A stretch of 27,381 bases of DNA from a virus (IMGVR_UViG_3300023301_000076:1-27381), one strand, 5' to 3'; counted from the stretch's first letter, positions 1 to 9,342 are shown. The notes: a model not told the origin generated them from the sequence alone. Translations and numbers: made by a program.

Positions 1-1
1 T

Positions 2-1426
2 GCGGCGGGTACAGGTATTGCAATCCCTGCCGGTAAAACAGTACTAGTACGCTCCGAGGGCACAAATATACTTGTGCAAGTAAACCACATCCCAGATAGT
101 CTGAGTATTGCAGGTAGCCTTACGCTTACAGGTACAGGTGCAGTTACAGCTACAGGTGCAGTTACAGCTACGGGCGCGGTTATTACGGGTAGCGCAGCTA
201 TTTCAGGTAGTACTTCCGTAGGTGGCCTTTTCTCCGTCATTGAGTCTACTTTGTTGGGCACGACTAGAACGGCTACCATATCCGTAGCTAGCCCCGGTGT
301 TATTACGGTTTCTGCTTCCCCAGACATTGGCTCACAGATCATATTTACTACTACCGGTACTTTGCCGACAGGGCTTACTGCGGGTACGATCTATACAGTT
401 CAAGCTACTTCGTGGACTGCCACTACCTTTAATGTCGGCGTTAATACAACCGTCACGGGTTCTGGTACACATAGTATAAACACAATAGCTACAACAGTAA
501 CCGCCCCAAAAGGCACGAGTAATGCTGCGTTAGCCACAACGGCTTTTGTAACCACGGCGGTCGATGATATTCCTGTTGACCTAACTAACTGGAGCATTGA
601 AGAAACTACTGCAACACAAACTGCTATTTTTACTATTGCTACTCCTGCGGTTGTAACAGACACAACGGCTCCAGCTAACGGCACTGCGGTATCGTTTTCC
701 ACTACAGGCGCTTTACCTACGGGCATAACTGCAAACGCGGCATTCTACGTAGCTAATAGAACTAGTAACAGCTACAACCTAGTAACGTCGGTAGGTGCCC
801 CACAAACAGCGTCAATTGCTGCTGGTGCTTCAGTCACGGGTTCTATTGCTACTACGGTTCTAACTGTTACGGCAGTGGGTTCTGGCGAGCTTGCGATAGG
901 CCAGAAGATTAGCGGTTCCGGTGTTACCTCGGGAACTAAGATTACTGCGTTTGGTACCGGTACTGGTGGAGCTGGTACGTATACGGTAAGTGCCTCTCAG
1001 ACTGTTGCTTCTACTACGATTACTGCGGGCTTAATAATTATTGCTGCCCCCGCACTTTCAAACAACCAACTAGTAGTTTTTTCAGGTGGAACTATCCCTG
1101 CTGATATTACAGCGGGTACCTCTTACTATGTTATTAACGTATCGGGTAGCACGTATCAAATTTCGGCTACATATGGCGGTGCTTTAATTACCATATCCCC
1201 GGCGGCGGTTAGTACGGCTACAGCTACGGCATACACCCTAGTAAACACATCAGGTACACAATCCGGAGTGCATAAAGAAACAACGTCTGTAATAACCTGC
1301 CAGTACAAAAATGGTGTAAAGCTGTCAATGGATCTTGGCGGTAACGCTACCTTTGTAGGCAGGGTAAAGGGACTTAACAGCATATACGGTACGGTGTCTG
1401 GCACAACCTTAAACCTGTACAGCTAA
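2..1426 (+). CDS. Tail fibre-like virion protein, 5'-truncated by the window edge
   Basis: The frame is open from nt 2 ([29 protein letters not shown]...), so the GTG at 74 is probably internal. Thr/Gly/Ala-rich beta-type sequence, the fibre motif [11 protein letters not shown], and three related modules ([52 protein letters not shown]). Confidence 0.8.
   Translation, partial: AAGTGIAIPAGKTVLVRSEGTNILVQVNHIPDSLSIAGSLTLTGTGAVTATGAVTATGAVITGSAAISGSTSVGGLFSVIESTLLGTTRTATISVASPGVITVSASPDIGSQIIFTTTGTLPTGLTAGTIYTVQATSWTATTFNVGVNTTVTGSGTHSINTIATTVTAPKGTSNAALATTAFVTTAVDDIPVDLTNWSIEETTATQTAIFTIATPAVVTDTTAPANGTAVSFSTTGALPTGITANAAFYVANRTSNSYNLVTSVGAPQTASIAAGASVTGSIATTVLTVTAVGSGELAIGQKISGSGVTSGTKITAFGTGTGGAGTYTVSASQTVASTTITAGLIIIAAPALSNNQLVVFSGGTIPADITAGTSYYVINVSGSTYQISATYGGALITISPAAVSTATATAYTLVNTSGTQSGVHKETTSVITCQYKNGVKLSMDLGGNATFVGRVKGLNSIYGTVSGTTLNLYS
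133..171 (+). repeat. Perfect in-frame 18-bp tandem duplication (TGAVTA x2)
   Basis: tacaggtgcagttacagc at 133-150 and 151-168, followed by a degenerate third copy. Confidence 0.9.
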
Positions 1427-1430
1427 GATT

Positions 1431-2093
1431 ATGGCGCTCAATCTAAACGGAACCGCACCCGACGCTGTGTACCTTAATGGCACACGGATGGAAATCGTCA
1501 ATATGAACGGCACCGAGGTGTACCGGGGCGAGAATGGTAACGTGTCTTTAGTATCTAGAAGCGACTTAACTTTTTCTCCGGGTCCAGAAGACGTTAACCG
1601 TCACTTTGTTGTTTTATCGGGGCTTTTTTCTGCGAGCGCAGTGAGTACTGGCCCAGTCCCAATAATTAACGGCGCAACGGGTACAACTATTAAAAACGTA
1701 GTAGATAATGGTAGCGATGATGGTGGCCGCGCTGGTATTTTTACGTTTAAGATCCCAACAGGCACAGGTACTTTTACAGTAACTAACGTTGACCCTAGAT
1801 TTTGCGTTTACCGGGTAACAGGGATTCCAGATATGAGTACCGCTTTTGCTACTGCACAAACTGGTGGAAGTGGGGATATTAATGTTAATGCGCCATATAG
1901 AGGGTGTGGATTTATTGTTGCGGTGCAGAACTTTGGTGCGGTCACAAGCATAACAGGTGTCGATGCCGATCTAGCATACTTTCCCGGTAATCCGGGTTTT
2001 GGCGCAAATAAAGCTTTGTCCGGTGGTGTGCAAACATACGGTGGTAAGTCTCAGTTAAACATCGCCGCTACCTTTCAATACGACTTCTTCTAG
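1431..2093 (+). CDS. Putative fibre-tip / receptor-binding protein (220 aa)
   Basis: Starts 4 nt after the fibre stop. N-terminal repeat LNLNGT/VYLNGT/VNMNGT, then a Gly/Thr-rich beta domain. Function inferred from position and composition. Confidence 0.5.
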   Translation: MALNLNGTAPDAVYLNGTRMEIVNMNGTEVYRGENGNVSLVSRSDLTFSPGPEDVNRHFVVLSGLFSASAVSTGPVPIINGATGTTIKNVVDNGSDDGGRAGIFTFKIPTGTGTFTVTNVDPRFCVYRVTGIPDMSTAFATAQTGGSGDINVNAPYRGCGFIVAVQNFGAVTSITGVDADLAYFPGNPGFGANKALSGGVQTYGGKSQLNIAATFQYDFF

Positions 2094-2101
2094 GGCGAAA
2101 T

Positions 2102-4012
2102 ATGCCGTTGCAAAAAATTCAGCTACGCCCGGGAGTTAATCGAGAAGGCACTACCTTGTCTAACGAGGGGGGCTACTTTGAGGGCGACAAGATTCGGTTT
2201 CGCTCCGGCTTCCCTGAAAAGATTGGTGGCTGGGCTGCGCTTTCGTACAACACCTTCTTGGGTGTAGCTCGCTCTTTGTGGAACTGGGTAACGCTTAAAA
2301 GCTATAACCTGCTAGGTGTAGGCACTAACTTAAAGTTCTACATTGAGAGTGGCGGTACTTACTACGACATCACGCCTATTCGGGAAATAAACGGTAATAC
2401 TCCTTCCGCTGGCCCCCCTGTAGTTAACGCCTCTACCATCACCCTTACTGCTAGTGGTACGGTATTAACTGTGTCGGATAGCGCCGCAGAGAGTTTGCAG
2501 GTTAATGACTTTGTTACCATAGCAGGTGCAGGTACTATTGGTGGCGTAGATGTAAACGGCGAGTATCAGATTGTTTCTGTACTTTCTGGTACGTCCTACA
2601 CAGTTACATTAGCTACAGCAACGACGGGGTCAGACGCTGCGTCCACGATAACGATTGCCTATCAGATCAACACTGGTAATGCCGCGTACTCAATAGGTAC
2701 TGGTTGGGGCACGGGTACTTGGGGGCGTAGTGGGTGGGGCTCAGGCTTTACAACCGGTTTTGGTCAACAGTTACGCCTATGGAGCCAAGCTAACTTTGGT
2801 GAGCAGCTTCTATTTAGCCCTCGTGGTGGTGCGCTTTACAACTGGCAACCGGGGGCTGGAGCAACGCCAGCACTTACTACTAGCGGTGTTTTAGTTTCAG
2901 GCACCGACGTACCTGCGTTTATAAATCAAATTTTGGTATCTGATGCTACGCGCATCGTTATTTGCTTTGGGTGTAACGACTACGGTGCATACGGTACAAC
3001 CGACTTAGACCCATTGCTGATCCGGTGGTCTGCACAGGAAACTTATACTAACTGGACTCCTGACGCTACAAACCAAGCAGGTAGTTATCGCCTAAGCCAC
3101 GGCTCGTATATCAACAGCGCCTTACAAACACGCCAAGAGATACTGATTTGGACCGATGCTGCTGTGTATTCGATGCAGTACTTGGGCGCTCCTTATGTGT
3201 ATGGCTTTAACCTGCTAGCGGACAACATCTCCATTGCCAGTCCTAATGCTATGGCTACGACTTCTGGTGTTGCTTACTGGATGGGTGTGGATAAGTTCTA
3301 CGTATACTCAGGTCGTGTGGAAACGCTGCCTTGCTCGTTAAGAGCCTACGTATATGGCGATATTAACCGCGACCAGAACTTCCAAGTTGTATCGGGCACT
3401 AACGAGGGTTTTAGTGAAGTGTGGTGGATGTACTGCTCCGCTAACGCTACGTCCCCCGATAAGTACGTCATCTATAACTACCTTGACCGTGTGTGGTACT
3501 ACGGGTCTTTAAATCGCACTGCTTGGTTAGATAGCCCGTTGCGGGAGTTTCCTATTGCTGCTACGCCAAACAATATTTTGGTTTATCACGAGGCGGCTGT
3601 TGATAACGGCGAGACTAACCCTCCATCGGCTATTTATTCGTACGTACAGTCGTCTGACTTTGACATCGGTGACGGGCATAACTATGGCTTTGTGTGGCAG
3701 ATGATCCCGGACATTACCTTTGACGGCTCAGATACCAGCGGCTCTAGTGCAGAAAACCCGTCCGTTAACTTCACTGTGCGTCCACGGCAGAATCCCGGTG
3801 CAAACTACAACGCCAGCGATATGCCAATAGTGCAATCAACGCAATCATATGCGGCACAAACAACGTACAACGTACAGGAGTTTACTGAGATTGTGTACAC
3901 ACGGGTTCGTGGGCGACAGATGGCGTTTAAGATCGAGTCTAGCTCCTTGGGTACGCAGTGGCAGTTAGGCACCCCCCGTATTAATGTACGTCCTGACGGT
4001 AGACGCAGCTAA
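2102..4012 (+). CDS. Tail tubular/nozzle protein, P22 gp10-like (636 aa)
   Basis: Size, Trp-rich beta-propeller-like motifs (LIRWSAQE, ILIWTD, YWMGVDKFYVYSG, YVIYNYLDRVWYYG) and position ahead of the ejection genes. Confidence 0.7.
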   Translation: MPLQKIQLRPGVNREGTTLSNEGGYFEGDKIRFRSGFPEKIGGWAALSYNTFLGVARSLWNWVTLKSYNLLGVGTNLKFYIESGGTYYDITPIREINGNTPSAGPPVVNASTITLTASGTVLTVSDSAAESLQVNDFVTIAGAGTIGGVDVNGEYQIVSVLSGTSYTVTLATATTGSDAASTITIAYQINTGNAAYSIGTGWGTGTWGRSGWGSGFTTGFGQQLRLWSQANFGEQLLFSPRGGALYNWQPGAGATPALTTSGVLVSGTDVPAFINQILVSDATRIVICFGCNDYGAYGTTDLDPLLIRWSAQETYTNWTPDATNQAGSYRLSHGSYINSALQTRQEILIWTDAAVYSMQYLGAPYVYGFNLLADNISIASPNAMATTSGVAYWMGVDKFYVYSGRVETLPCSLRAYVYGDINRDQNFQVVSGTNEGFSEVWWMYCSANATSPDKYVIYNYLDRVWYYGSLNRTAWLDSPLREFPIAATPNNILVYHEAAVDNGETNPPSAIYSYVQSSDFDIGDGHNYGFVWQMIPDITFDGSDTSGSSAENPSVNFTVRPRQNPGANYNASDMPIVQSTQSYAAQTTYNVQEFTEIVYTRVRGRQMAFKIESSSLGTQWQLGTPRINVRPDGRRS

Positions 4013-4320
4013 TGGCAAATAAATTCTACACACAGGTTAAGGCTCCAACCCTACCATTTGCACCGGTTGAGTACCAAGCGCAGTATCACGACCAGACAAA
4101 CAAGGCGTTACGAGTGTACTTTACGCAAGTTGACGCTTTTATAATTCAGTTCTCCCAAACGTTTTTAGTAGCTAAGCTACCTAGTGCAGTTACTGTGGGT
4201 GCTGGGGGTCGAGCGTTCGTGACTGATTCTTCTGTTACTACGTTTGGTACCGCAGTTGCTGGCGGGGGATCTACAAACATACCGGTTTACTCTGACGGCG
4301 CAGTGTGGCGAGTTGGTTAA
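4012..4320 (+). CDS. Small tail-associated protein, possibly a gp26-like needle/plug (102 aa)
   Basis: TAATG overlap with the nozzle gene. Helical N-half plus a C-terminal knob (LPSA...AFVTD...PVYSDGAVWRVG). Role inferred from synteny. Confidence 0.45.
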   Translation: MANKFYTQVKAPTLPFAPVEYQAQYHDQTNKALRVYFTQVDAFIIQFSQTFLVAKLPSAVTVGAGGRAFVTDSSVTTFGTAVAGGGSTNIPVYSDGAVWRVG

Positions 4321-4325
4321 TTGCC

Positions 4326-4360
4326 TTTATTCGAGCAGCATTAAATGCTACTATTGACAA
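4326..4360 (+). promoter_or_regulatory. Candidate promoter for the ejection-protein genes
   Basis: Only sizeable gap in the + arm. Extended -10 TGcTACTAT at 4346-4354, palindrome agcatt-a-aatgct, and TTGACA at 4354-4359 without a matching -10. Confidence 0.3.
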
Positions 4361-4379
4361 AATTTCTTAAAGGTGCGCC

Positions 4380-6182
4380 ATGAGCCTCCATAACTTAGCA
4401 AATCATCTACAGTCCGCTGGTCGAAACGAAGACAAAGTACTTGTACACATGACCCCAAAAGAAGTTGGCGGTCTGCAATCTTTGGCTATGGCACACGGCG
4501 GTAGCCTTACTATTAACCCACATACTGGATTGCCTGAAGCTGGCTTCTTGTCGTCTATTCTGCCTATGATTGCAGGGGCTATTTTAACGCCTTTGACTGC
4601 GGGAATTATCAACCCTTTAACGCTTAGTGCAATTATTGGTGCGGGCACAGGACTAGCTACAGGTAGTCTAAAACAGGGTTTGATGGCTGGTATGGGTGCT
4701 TATGGTGGGGCTGGTTTGGCTACTGGCTTAATGGGTGCTGGCGGTGCCGCTGCTGGTGCTGCTGGTGCGGGTTCTGTTACCCCTGTTGCCGCTGCTGGTG
4801 CTGGTGCGGGTGCTGGTGCTGGTGCAACCCTTGGTGGCAGTATTATGGCTGGGGCTCCGGGCACTACGTCTGTTGCGGCTAGTGGTTTACCTTCAACGCT
4901 GGGTAGTGGGTTTATGAATACCGCCCCTAGCATTGTCGCAAATCCAGCTACAGCACAACTTACTGCGGCTAATCAAGCTTTACAAGTTCCTGCTACACAA
5001 ACAGCGGGTCAAAATTTAACGTCTATTGGGCAAGGTGCGAAAACCGGTATTGACTCATTAGCAGGCGTTAAGTCTGTATTTAATGCTATGCCAACTGGCT
5101 CTGCAAGTGCTTTAGGTATGTCAGCAATGAATGCCATGCAGCCTGAGCCACCTAAGCCAATTAAAGACTATTCAATGATTCGTCCGTATACGTTTGAGAG
5201 CCAACAGAACCCAGAAGCTTACGACTACCAAGAAAATAACCCTAACGATTCTAGTGAGCGTAACTATTTTACAAATACATATACTGCCCTAGAGCCGTAT
5301 AAAGCACCGGGGCCTGAGTATGGAAAAGCTGCTGGTGGGTTAACTAGTTTTGCTATTGGTGGCCCAGTTGAACAAATGTCGGCCCAAAATGCTTTGGGTA
5401 ATAATGCTATGTATCCGCAGTCTCAAATACAAGCGCCTATGTACAGTAATCCAATGGCACAGCGACCAATGCCTTCGCCTGTTGTTACGGCTGGTGGTGA
5501 CGCAGCGGTTGATCCGTACACTGGTGAACAGAAGTTTGCTAAAGGCGGTAAAACAACGGGAGAGTACAAATACGACTTTGACCCGAAAACCCAACAGTTT
5601 ACTCAGACAGCAGCACCGGTGCCTGTAAGATTGGACGGTTTATTTAATAGCGTTGCATCTCATGCAGCAGCGCCTGCACCAGCACCAGCTAAACCGTTTG
5701 TACCAGTAGTATCTGGCGGTATTCAGCAACCAATTAATTCTTATTCCGCACCGCGCCAATCGAACGAGCAAATAGCCGCACCAATTAACATACCCGCGTA
5801 TCAAACGCCAGAGCAGCAGTTAGGTCTAGAAGACTTTTATGCCCGTATGAACCAGCGACTAGGTCAAATGGGTGGGCAGGGTTATGCAGCAGGTGGCGGT
5901 GTATCTTCGTTGGGTAGTTACTCCGATGGTGGTCGTATGCTTAAAGGCCCCGGCGATGGTATGAGTGATTCGATTCCAGCCCAGATTGGTGAGCACCAGC
6001 CAGCACGTTTAGCTGATTCTGAGTTTGTTATACCTGCTGATGTTGTATCTCATCTGGGTAATGGCTCGACCGATGCCGGTGCAAAGCAGTTATACGCTAT
6101 GATGGATCGAGTGCGAAAAGCACGTACTGGCACCAAGAAACAAGGCAAGCAAATTAACCCAACTAAGTTTATGCCTGCATGA
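4380..6182 (+). CDS. Putative internal virion / ejection protein (600 aa)
   Basis: N-terminal motif GRNEDKVLVHMTPKE...TINPHTGLPE, a hydrophobic Gly/Ala-rich segment, and a C-terminal GPGDGMSDSIPA...LADSEFVIPADVV motif recalled from tape-measure and ejection proteins. Confidence 0.65.
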   Translation: MSLHNLANHLQSAGRNEDKVLVHMTPKEVGGLQSLAMAHGGSLTINPHTGLPEAGFLSSILPMIAGAILTPLTAGIINPLTLSAIIGAGTGLATGSLKQGLMAGMGAYGGAGLATGLMGAGGAAAGAAGAGSVTPVAAAGAGAGAGAGATLGGSIMAGAPGTTSVAASGLPSTLGSGFMNTAPSIVANPATAQLTAANQALQVPATQTAGQNLTSIGQGAKTGIDSLAGVKSVFNAMPTGSASALGMSAMNAMQPEPPKPIKDYSMIRPYTFESQQNPEAYDYQENNPNDSSERNYFTNTYTALEPYKAPGPEYGKAAGGLTSFAIGGPVEQMSAQNALGNNAMYPQSQIQAPMYSNPMAQRPMPSPVVTAGGDAAVDPYTGEQKFAKGGKTTGEYKYDFDPKTQQFTQTAAPVPVRLDGLFNSVASHAAAPAPAPAKPFVPVVSGGIQQPINSYSAPRQSNEQIAAPINIPAYQTPEQQLGLEDFYARMNQRLGQMGGQGYAAGGGVSSLGSYSDGGRMLKGPGDGMSDSIPAQIGEHQPARLADSEFVIPADVVSHLGNGSTDAGAKQLYAMMDRVRKARTGTKKQGKQINPTKFMPA

Positions 6183-6589
6183 AAATACAACGTGTAGACC
6201 CAGCGTTTGTGCATATGGTCTGGGATAAGATAGCCCCTTTTTTCCAGATGTCTATGGATGGGGGCGGTAGTTACGAATACACGTTAGACCAAGTAAAAGT
6301 TCGAATCACAGATGGTACATGGACAGTATTAATAGCGATTGATGATGCTGGTGAAATAGCAGGGGCTGCGGCAGTACATTTTTATAACCGCCCTAATGAT
6401 CGTGTTGGGTTTATTGACATGATGGGCGGCAGGCTAATTACTGTTGGTGATTCGTTCGATCAATTAAAAACATATATGCAATCCAATGGGGCTACGTGCA
6501 TCGAGGCAAGTGCTCGTGAATCAGTAGCAAGACTTTTGAACAGACATGGTATGAAAGAAAAGTATCGTGTCGTAGGAGTAAAAATATGA
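6179..6589 (+). CDS. Putative GNAT-fold protein, P22 gp14 / T7 gp13-like (136 aa)
   Basis: ATGA-coupled at both ends. GNAT-like pattern (GEIAGAAAVHF, GFIDMMGG, CIEASARESVARLLNRHGM) and position directly before a gp7-like gene. Confidence 0.5.
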   Translation: MKIQRVDPAFVHMVWDKIAPFFQMSMDGGGSYEYTLDQVKVRITDGTWTVLIAIDDAGEIAGAAAVHFYNRPNDRVGFIDMMGGRLITVGDSFDQLKTYMQSNGATCIEASARESVARLLNRHGMKEKYRVVGVKI

Positions 6590-7650
6590 GCCGCAATTCT
6601 TTTGCAATGATGGAAGCTGGGTGGATTCCCGGTGATCTGGGCGCTTTCAAAAAAGAAGGTGGGAAGATTAAATTATATGATGGCGGCGGTGGCGGAAGCG
6701 CTCCTTCTAATACATCAAGCTCTACTACCTCAATTCCTACATATGCTAAACCGTATGTGGAGCGCATGTTGGGTAAGGCGGAAGCAGTTAGTAGCGCCCC
6801 GTATCAAGCGTATGGTGGGCAGCGTATTGCTGAGTTTGACCCCATGCAACAACAGGCATTTCAAGGTGCGGCCAACTTACGTCCTGCACAGCAACTAGGT
6901 GCAGCTACTCAAATGACGGGTATGGCTGGTCTTGGTGCAATGCAAGCGGGTCAGAACTACCAGAACATGGCGACCAACCCGAACGCCACCGCAGCATACA
7001 TGTCGCCGTATATCCAAAATGCACTTGCACCTCAACTAGATGAGCAACGTCGTCAGGCTATGATTACCCAAAGTAACATCGGTGGTCAGGCTGCACAACA
7101 AGGTGCGTTTGGTGGTGCTCGTCACGGCATTGTTGAGGCTCAAAATAATGAAGCTCTTGGTCGCTTACAGAGTCAGACGTACGGCACAGGTATGCAGAAT
7201 GCTTTTCAGAATGCACAACAAGCGCAACAGTTTGGCTCTACATTGGGCTTACAAGGTCTGGGACAAGCGGGTCAGATGGGCGCTCAGTTGGGTCAGTTGG
7301 GTCAGACGCAGTTCGGTCAGCAGAAAGATATTATTAACGCACAGGCTAATGCTGGTGCACAACAACAAGCCCAGAACCAGCAACAACTCTCGCAACAGTA
7401 TCAAGACTTCTTGACGCAACGAGGCTACCCACAACAACAACTGTCATACTTTTCAGACATGTTGCGCGGCCTTCCATTGTCGCAAACCACTCAGCAGCAA
7501 TACACAGCAGCCCCTAGCATGACTTCACAACTTGCTGGTCTAGGTACTGCGGCTTATGGTGCGTATCAGATGGGCAAAAAAGAAGGTGGCGTAATTAAGA
7601 TGGCCGAGGGTGGGCTGGTAAAGCTTGCGTTGCATAACATGACGAAGTAA
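6586..7650 (+). CDS. DNA ejection/pilot protein, gp7-like position (354 aa)
   Basis: Leader followed by GGGGGS, Gln/Ala/Gly-rich helical body, GAFGGARHG motif, C-terminal LAGLGTAAYG amphipathic segment. Confidence 0.65.
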   Translation: MSRNSFAMMEAGWIPGDLGAFKKEGGKIKLYDGGGGGSAPSNTSSSTTSIPTYAKPYVERMLGKAEAVSSAPYQAYGGQRIAEFDPMQQQAFQGAANLRPAQQLGAATQMTGMAGLGAMQAGQNYQNMATNPNATAAYMSPYIQNALAPQLDEQRRQAMITQSNIGGQAAQQGAFGGARHGIVEAQNNEALGRLQSQTYGTGMQNAFQNAQQAQQFGSTLGLQGLGQAGQMGAQLGQLGQTQFGQQKDIINAQANAGAQQQAQNQQQLSQQYQDFLTQRGYPQQQLSYFSDMLRGLPLSQTTQQQYTAAPSMTSQLAGLGTAAYGAYQMGKKEGGVIKMAEGGLVKLALHNMTK

Positions 7651-7659
7651 GAGGACACT

Positions 7660-9342
7660 ATGATTCCCGGCATCCAAGAAATCCAATCGCTAGCTACTAA
7701 GTACAACAAACAGCAACTTGCCCATATGGCGCAGATGGGTCTTATCGATCCTACTAAAGCTGTTATGGCGGGTATGATGATCTCCCGTATTGAGGCACAG
7801 AACCAACAGCCCCCTACGACTACCGTCGCCCAAGATGTGCTTACCCCACCAGCACCACAGCCACAACAAGCGCAACCACAACAACCTCAAGCTCCTCAGA
7901 TGGGCATGAACGGTGCGCCTCAAACCCCAACAGCGGGTATCGCTGGTCTCTCATCCGGTATTCAAGGCATGGCTGGTGGTGGCATCGTTGCGTTTGATGG
8001 GGGTGGTAGGGTAAGTCAAGAGGAACAAGATCGCGCAGATCTGTTAGATGCTTTAAGGAAAACAGGGGCTGCAGCAAAAGATATATTCTCTATGCCAGTA
8101 CGGGGGGTTGCAGGTGCTGCTGAGTCTTTAATTACCCGCCCACTTCGCGCTGTAGGTGTACCAGTTCCTTATCTTCCAGATTCGTTCTATGGTGGGGATC
8201 GTGAGTCTATGACTCCATATATGGATGCAATTACTAGAGAACAAAGCGCCACTCCTGCTACAACTCCAACCGCAGTTACCCCCGTTGCCGGACAAGCATT
8301 CCCGCAGCAAACAGACCAACAAAGATTAGCTCGTCGCCAAGAAGTTGTAGGGTCGGCACCGGCACCTAAAGCCCCAGCGCAGCCCCGCCGAGAGCTACCA
8401 AAGATAGAAGCGCCCGTAACTGCTAAAGACTCTGGCGTAAAAGCGTTTACTCCTGAGTTGATGAAAAAAGACCCTAACGAGTCAGTTGCGGAGTTTAAAG
8501 CTCGTAAAGACGCAGCGGCTAAAGAGTTTGGTGTTGATCCTGACTACTATAAAAATAAAGAAGCTAAGGTTGGTGAAGAGCGTGAAGCACTTAAAGGTGA
8601 ACGTAAGGACGCTTTTAATATGGCGCTAATTAATGCGGGTCTAGGTATAGCAGCAGGTAAGTCACAAAATGCACTGCAAAATATTGGTGAAGGTGCTAAG
8701 GCTGGCGTTGAGTCGTATCGTGCGGATGTTAAAGATATTAAGGCACGGGATCGTTTGCTTGCTGCGTCCGAAGAAGCTGCTCGTGATGCTGAGTACGCTC
8801 GTACTATTGGTGATGCTGCTGGGTATGCGAAGGCAGTGGAAGACAAAAAAAATATTGACCGTAGTATCGATCAGACTAATCTCGGGGCTAAAAACACTGC
8901 GGGTACTGCTTACACTACTGCACAAAACTCGATGGCTGAATTGCAGGCACGTGAAGCGGGTGCAAACGCTCGTAATGCTAGGACTGAAGCTGGAGCGGAC
9001 AGACGTAATGCTGCTACTGTCGGTGCGCAAATGGAAATGAATAAAGCCCGTATGGCTTTGTATGAAAAACAAATGGCTAGTGCTGATGCCGCCACTAAAG
9101 CACGTTATGCTGCGTTGGCAAATAAAGTTGGCGTTATGCTGTCTAAAGATGCGGGCTACTTAGATTTACAAAGGCAGTTAGCTAAACAGCTAAAGAATGG
9201 GGAAGTTAAAAAGACTGAGGCAGATCGCCAACTAGCAAACTACAGTGCTACATATAGGGCGCAAGAACTACAAAGTATGGGGTTGCTTGACGAGTTAGGG
9301 GCTGGTAAGGTGCGTACTGCTAATAGTTTGAACGAGGAATAA
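7660..9342 (+). CDS. DNA ejection protein, gp20-like position (560 aa)
   Basis: SD GAGG upstream. Pro/Gln linker, motif ALINAGLGIAAGKSQNALQNIGEGA, long Ala/Lys/Glu helical region. Confidence 0.6.
   Translation: MIPGIQEIQSLATKYNKQQLAHMAQMGLIDPTKAVMAGMMISRIEAQNQQPPTTTVAQDVLTPPAPQPQQAQPQQPQAPQMGMNGAPQTPTAGIAGLSSGIQGMAGGGIVAFDGGGRVSQEEQDRADLLDALRKTGAAAKDIFSMPVRGVAGAAESLITRPLRAVGVPVPYLPDSFYGGDRESMTPYMDAITREQSATPATTPTAVTPVAGQAFPQQTDQQRLARRQEVVGSAPAPKAPAQPRRELPKIEAPVTAKDSGVKAFTPELMKKDPNESVAEFKARKDAAAKEFGVDPDYYKNKEAKVGEEREALKGERKDAFNMALINAGLGIAAGKSQNALQNIGEGAKAGVESYRADVKDIKARDRLLAASEEAARDAEYARTIGDAAGYAKAVEDKKNIDRSIDQTNLGAKNTAGTAYTTAQNSMAELQAREAGANARNARTEAGADRRNAATVGAQMEMNKARMALYEKQMASADAATKARYAALANKVGVMLSKDAGYLDLQRQLAKQLKNGEVKKTEADRQLANYSATYRAQELQSMGLLDELGAGKVRTANSLNEE

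Noticed and set aside
74-76. GTG at 74 as the fibre start codon
   Set aside because: The frame is open and protein-like from nt 2, so the gene begins outside the window.
1-2093. Diversity-generating retroelement or invertible tail-fibre switch
   Set aside because: No reverse transcriptase, invertase or template/variable repeat pair seen in the window.
4730-4830. gctggtgc-type repeats, and the EVEG repeat near 17430-17480
   Set aside because: Ordinary low-complexity coding linkers with imperfect units.
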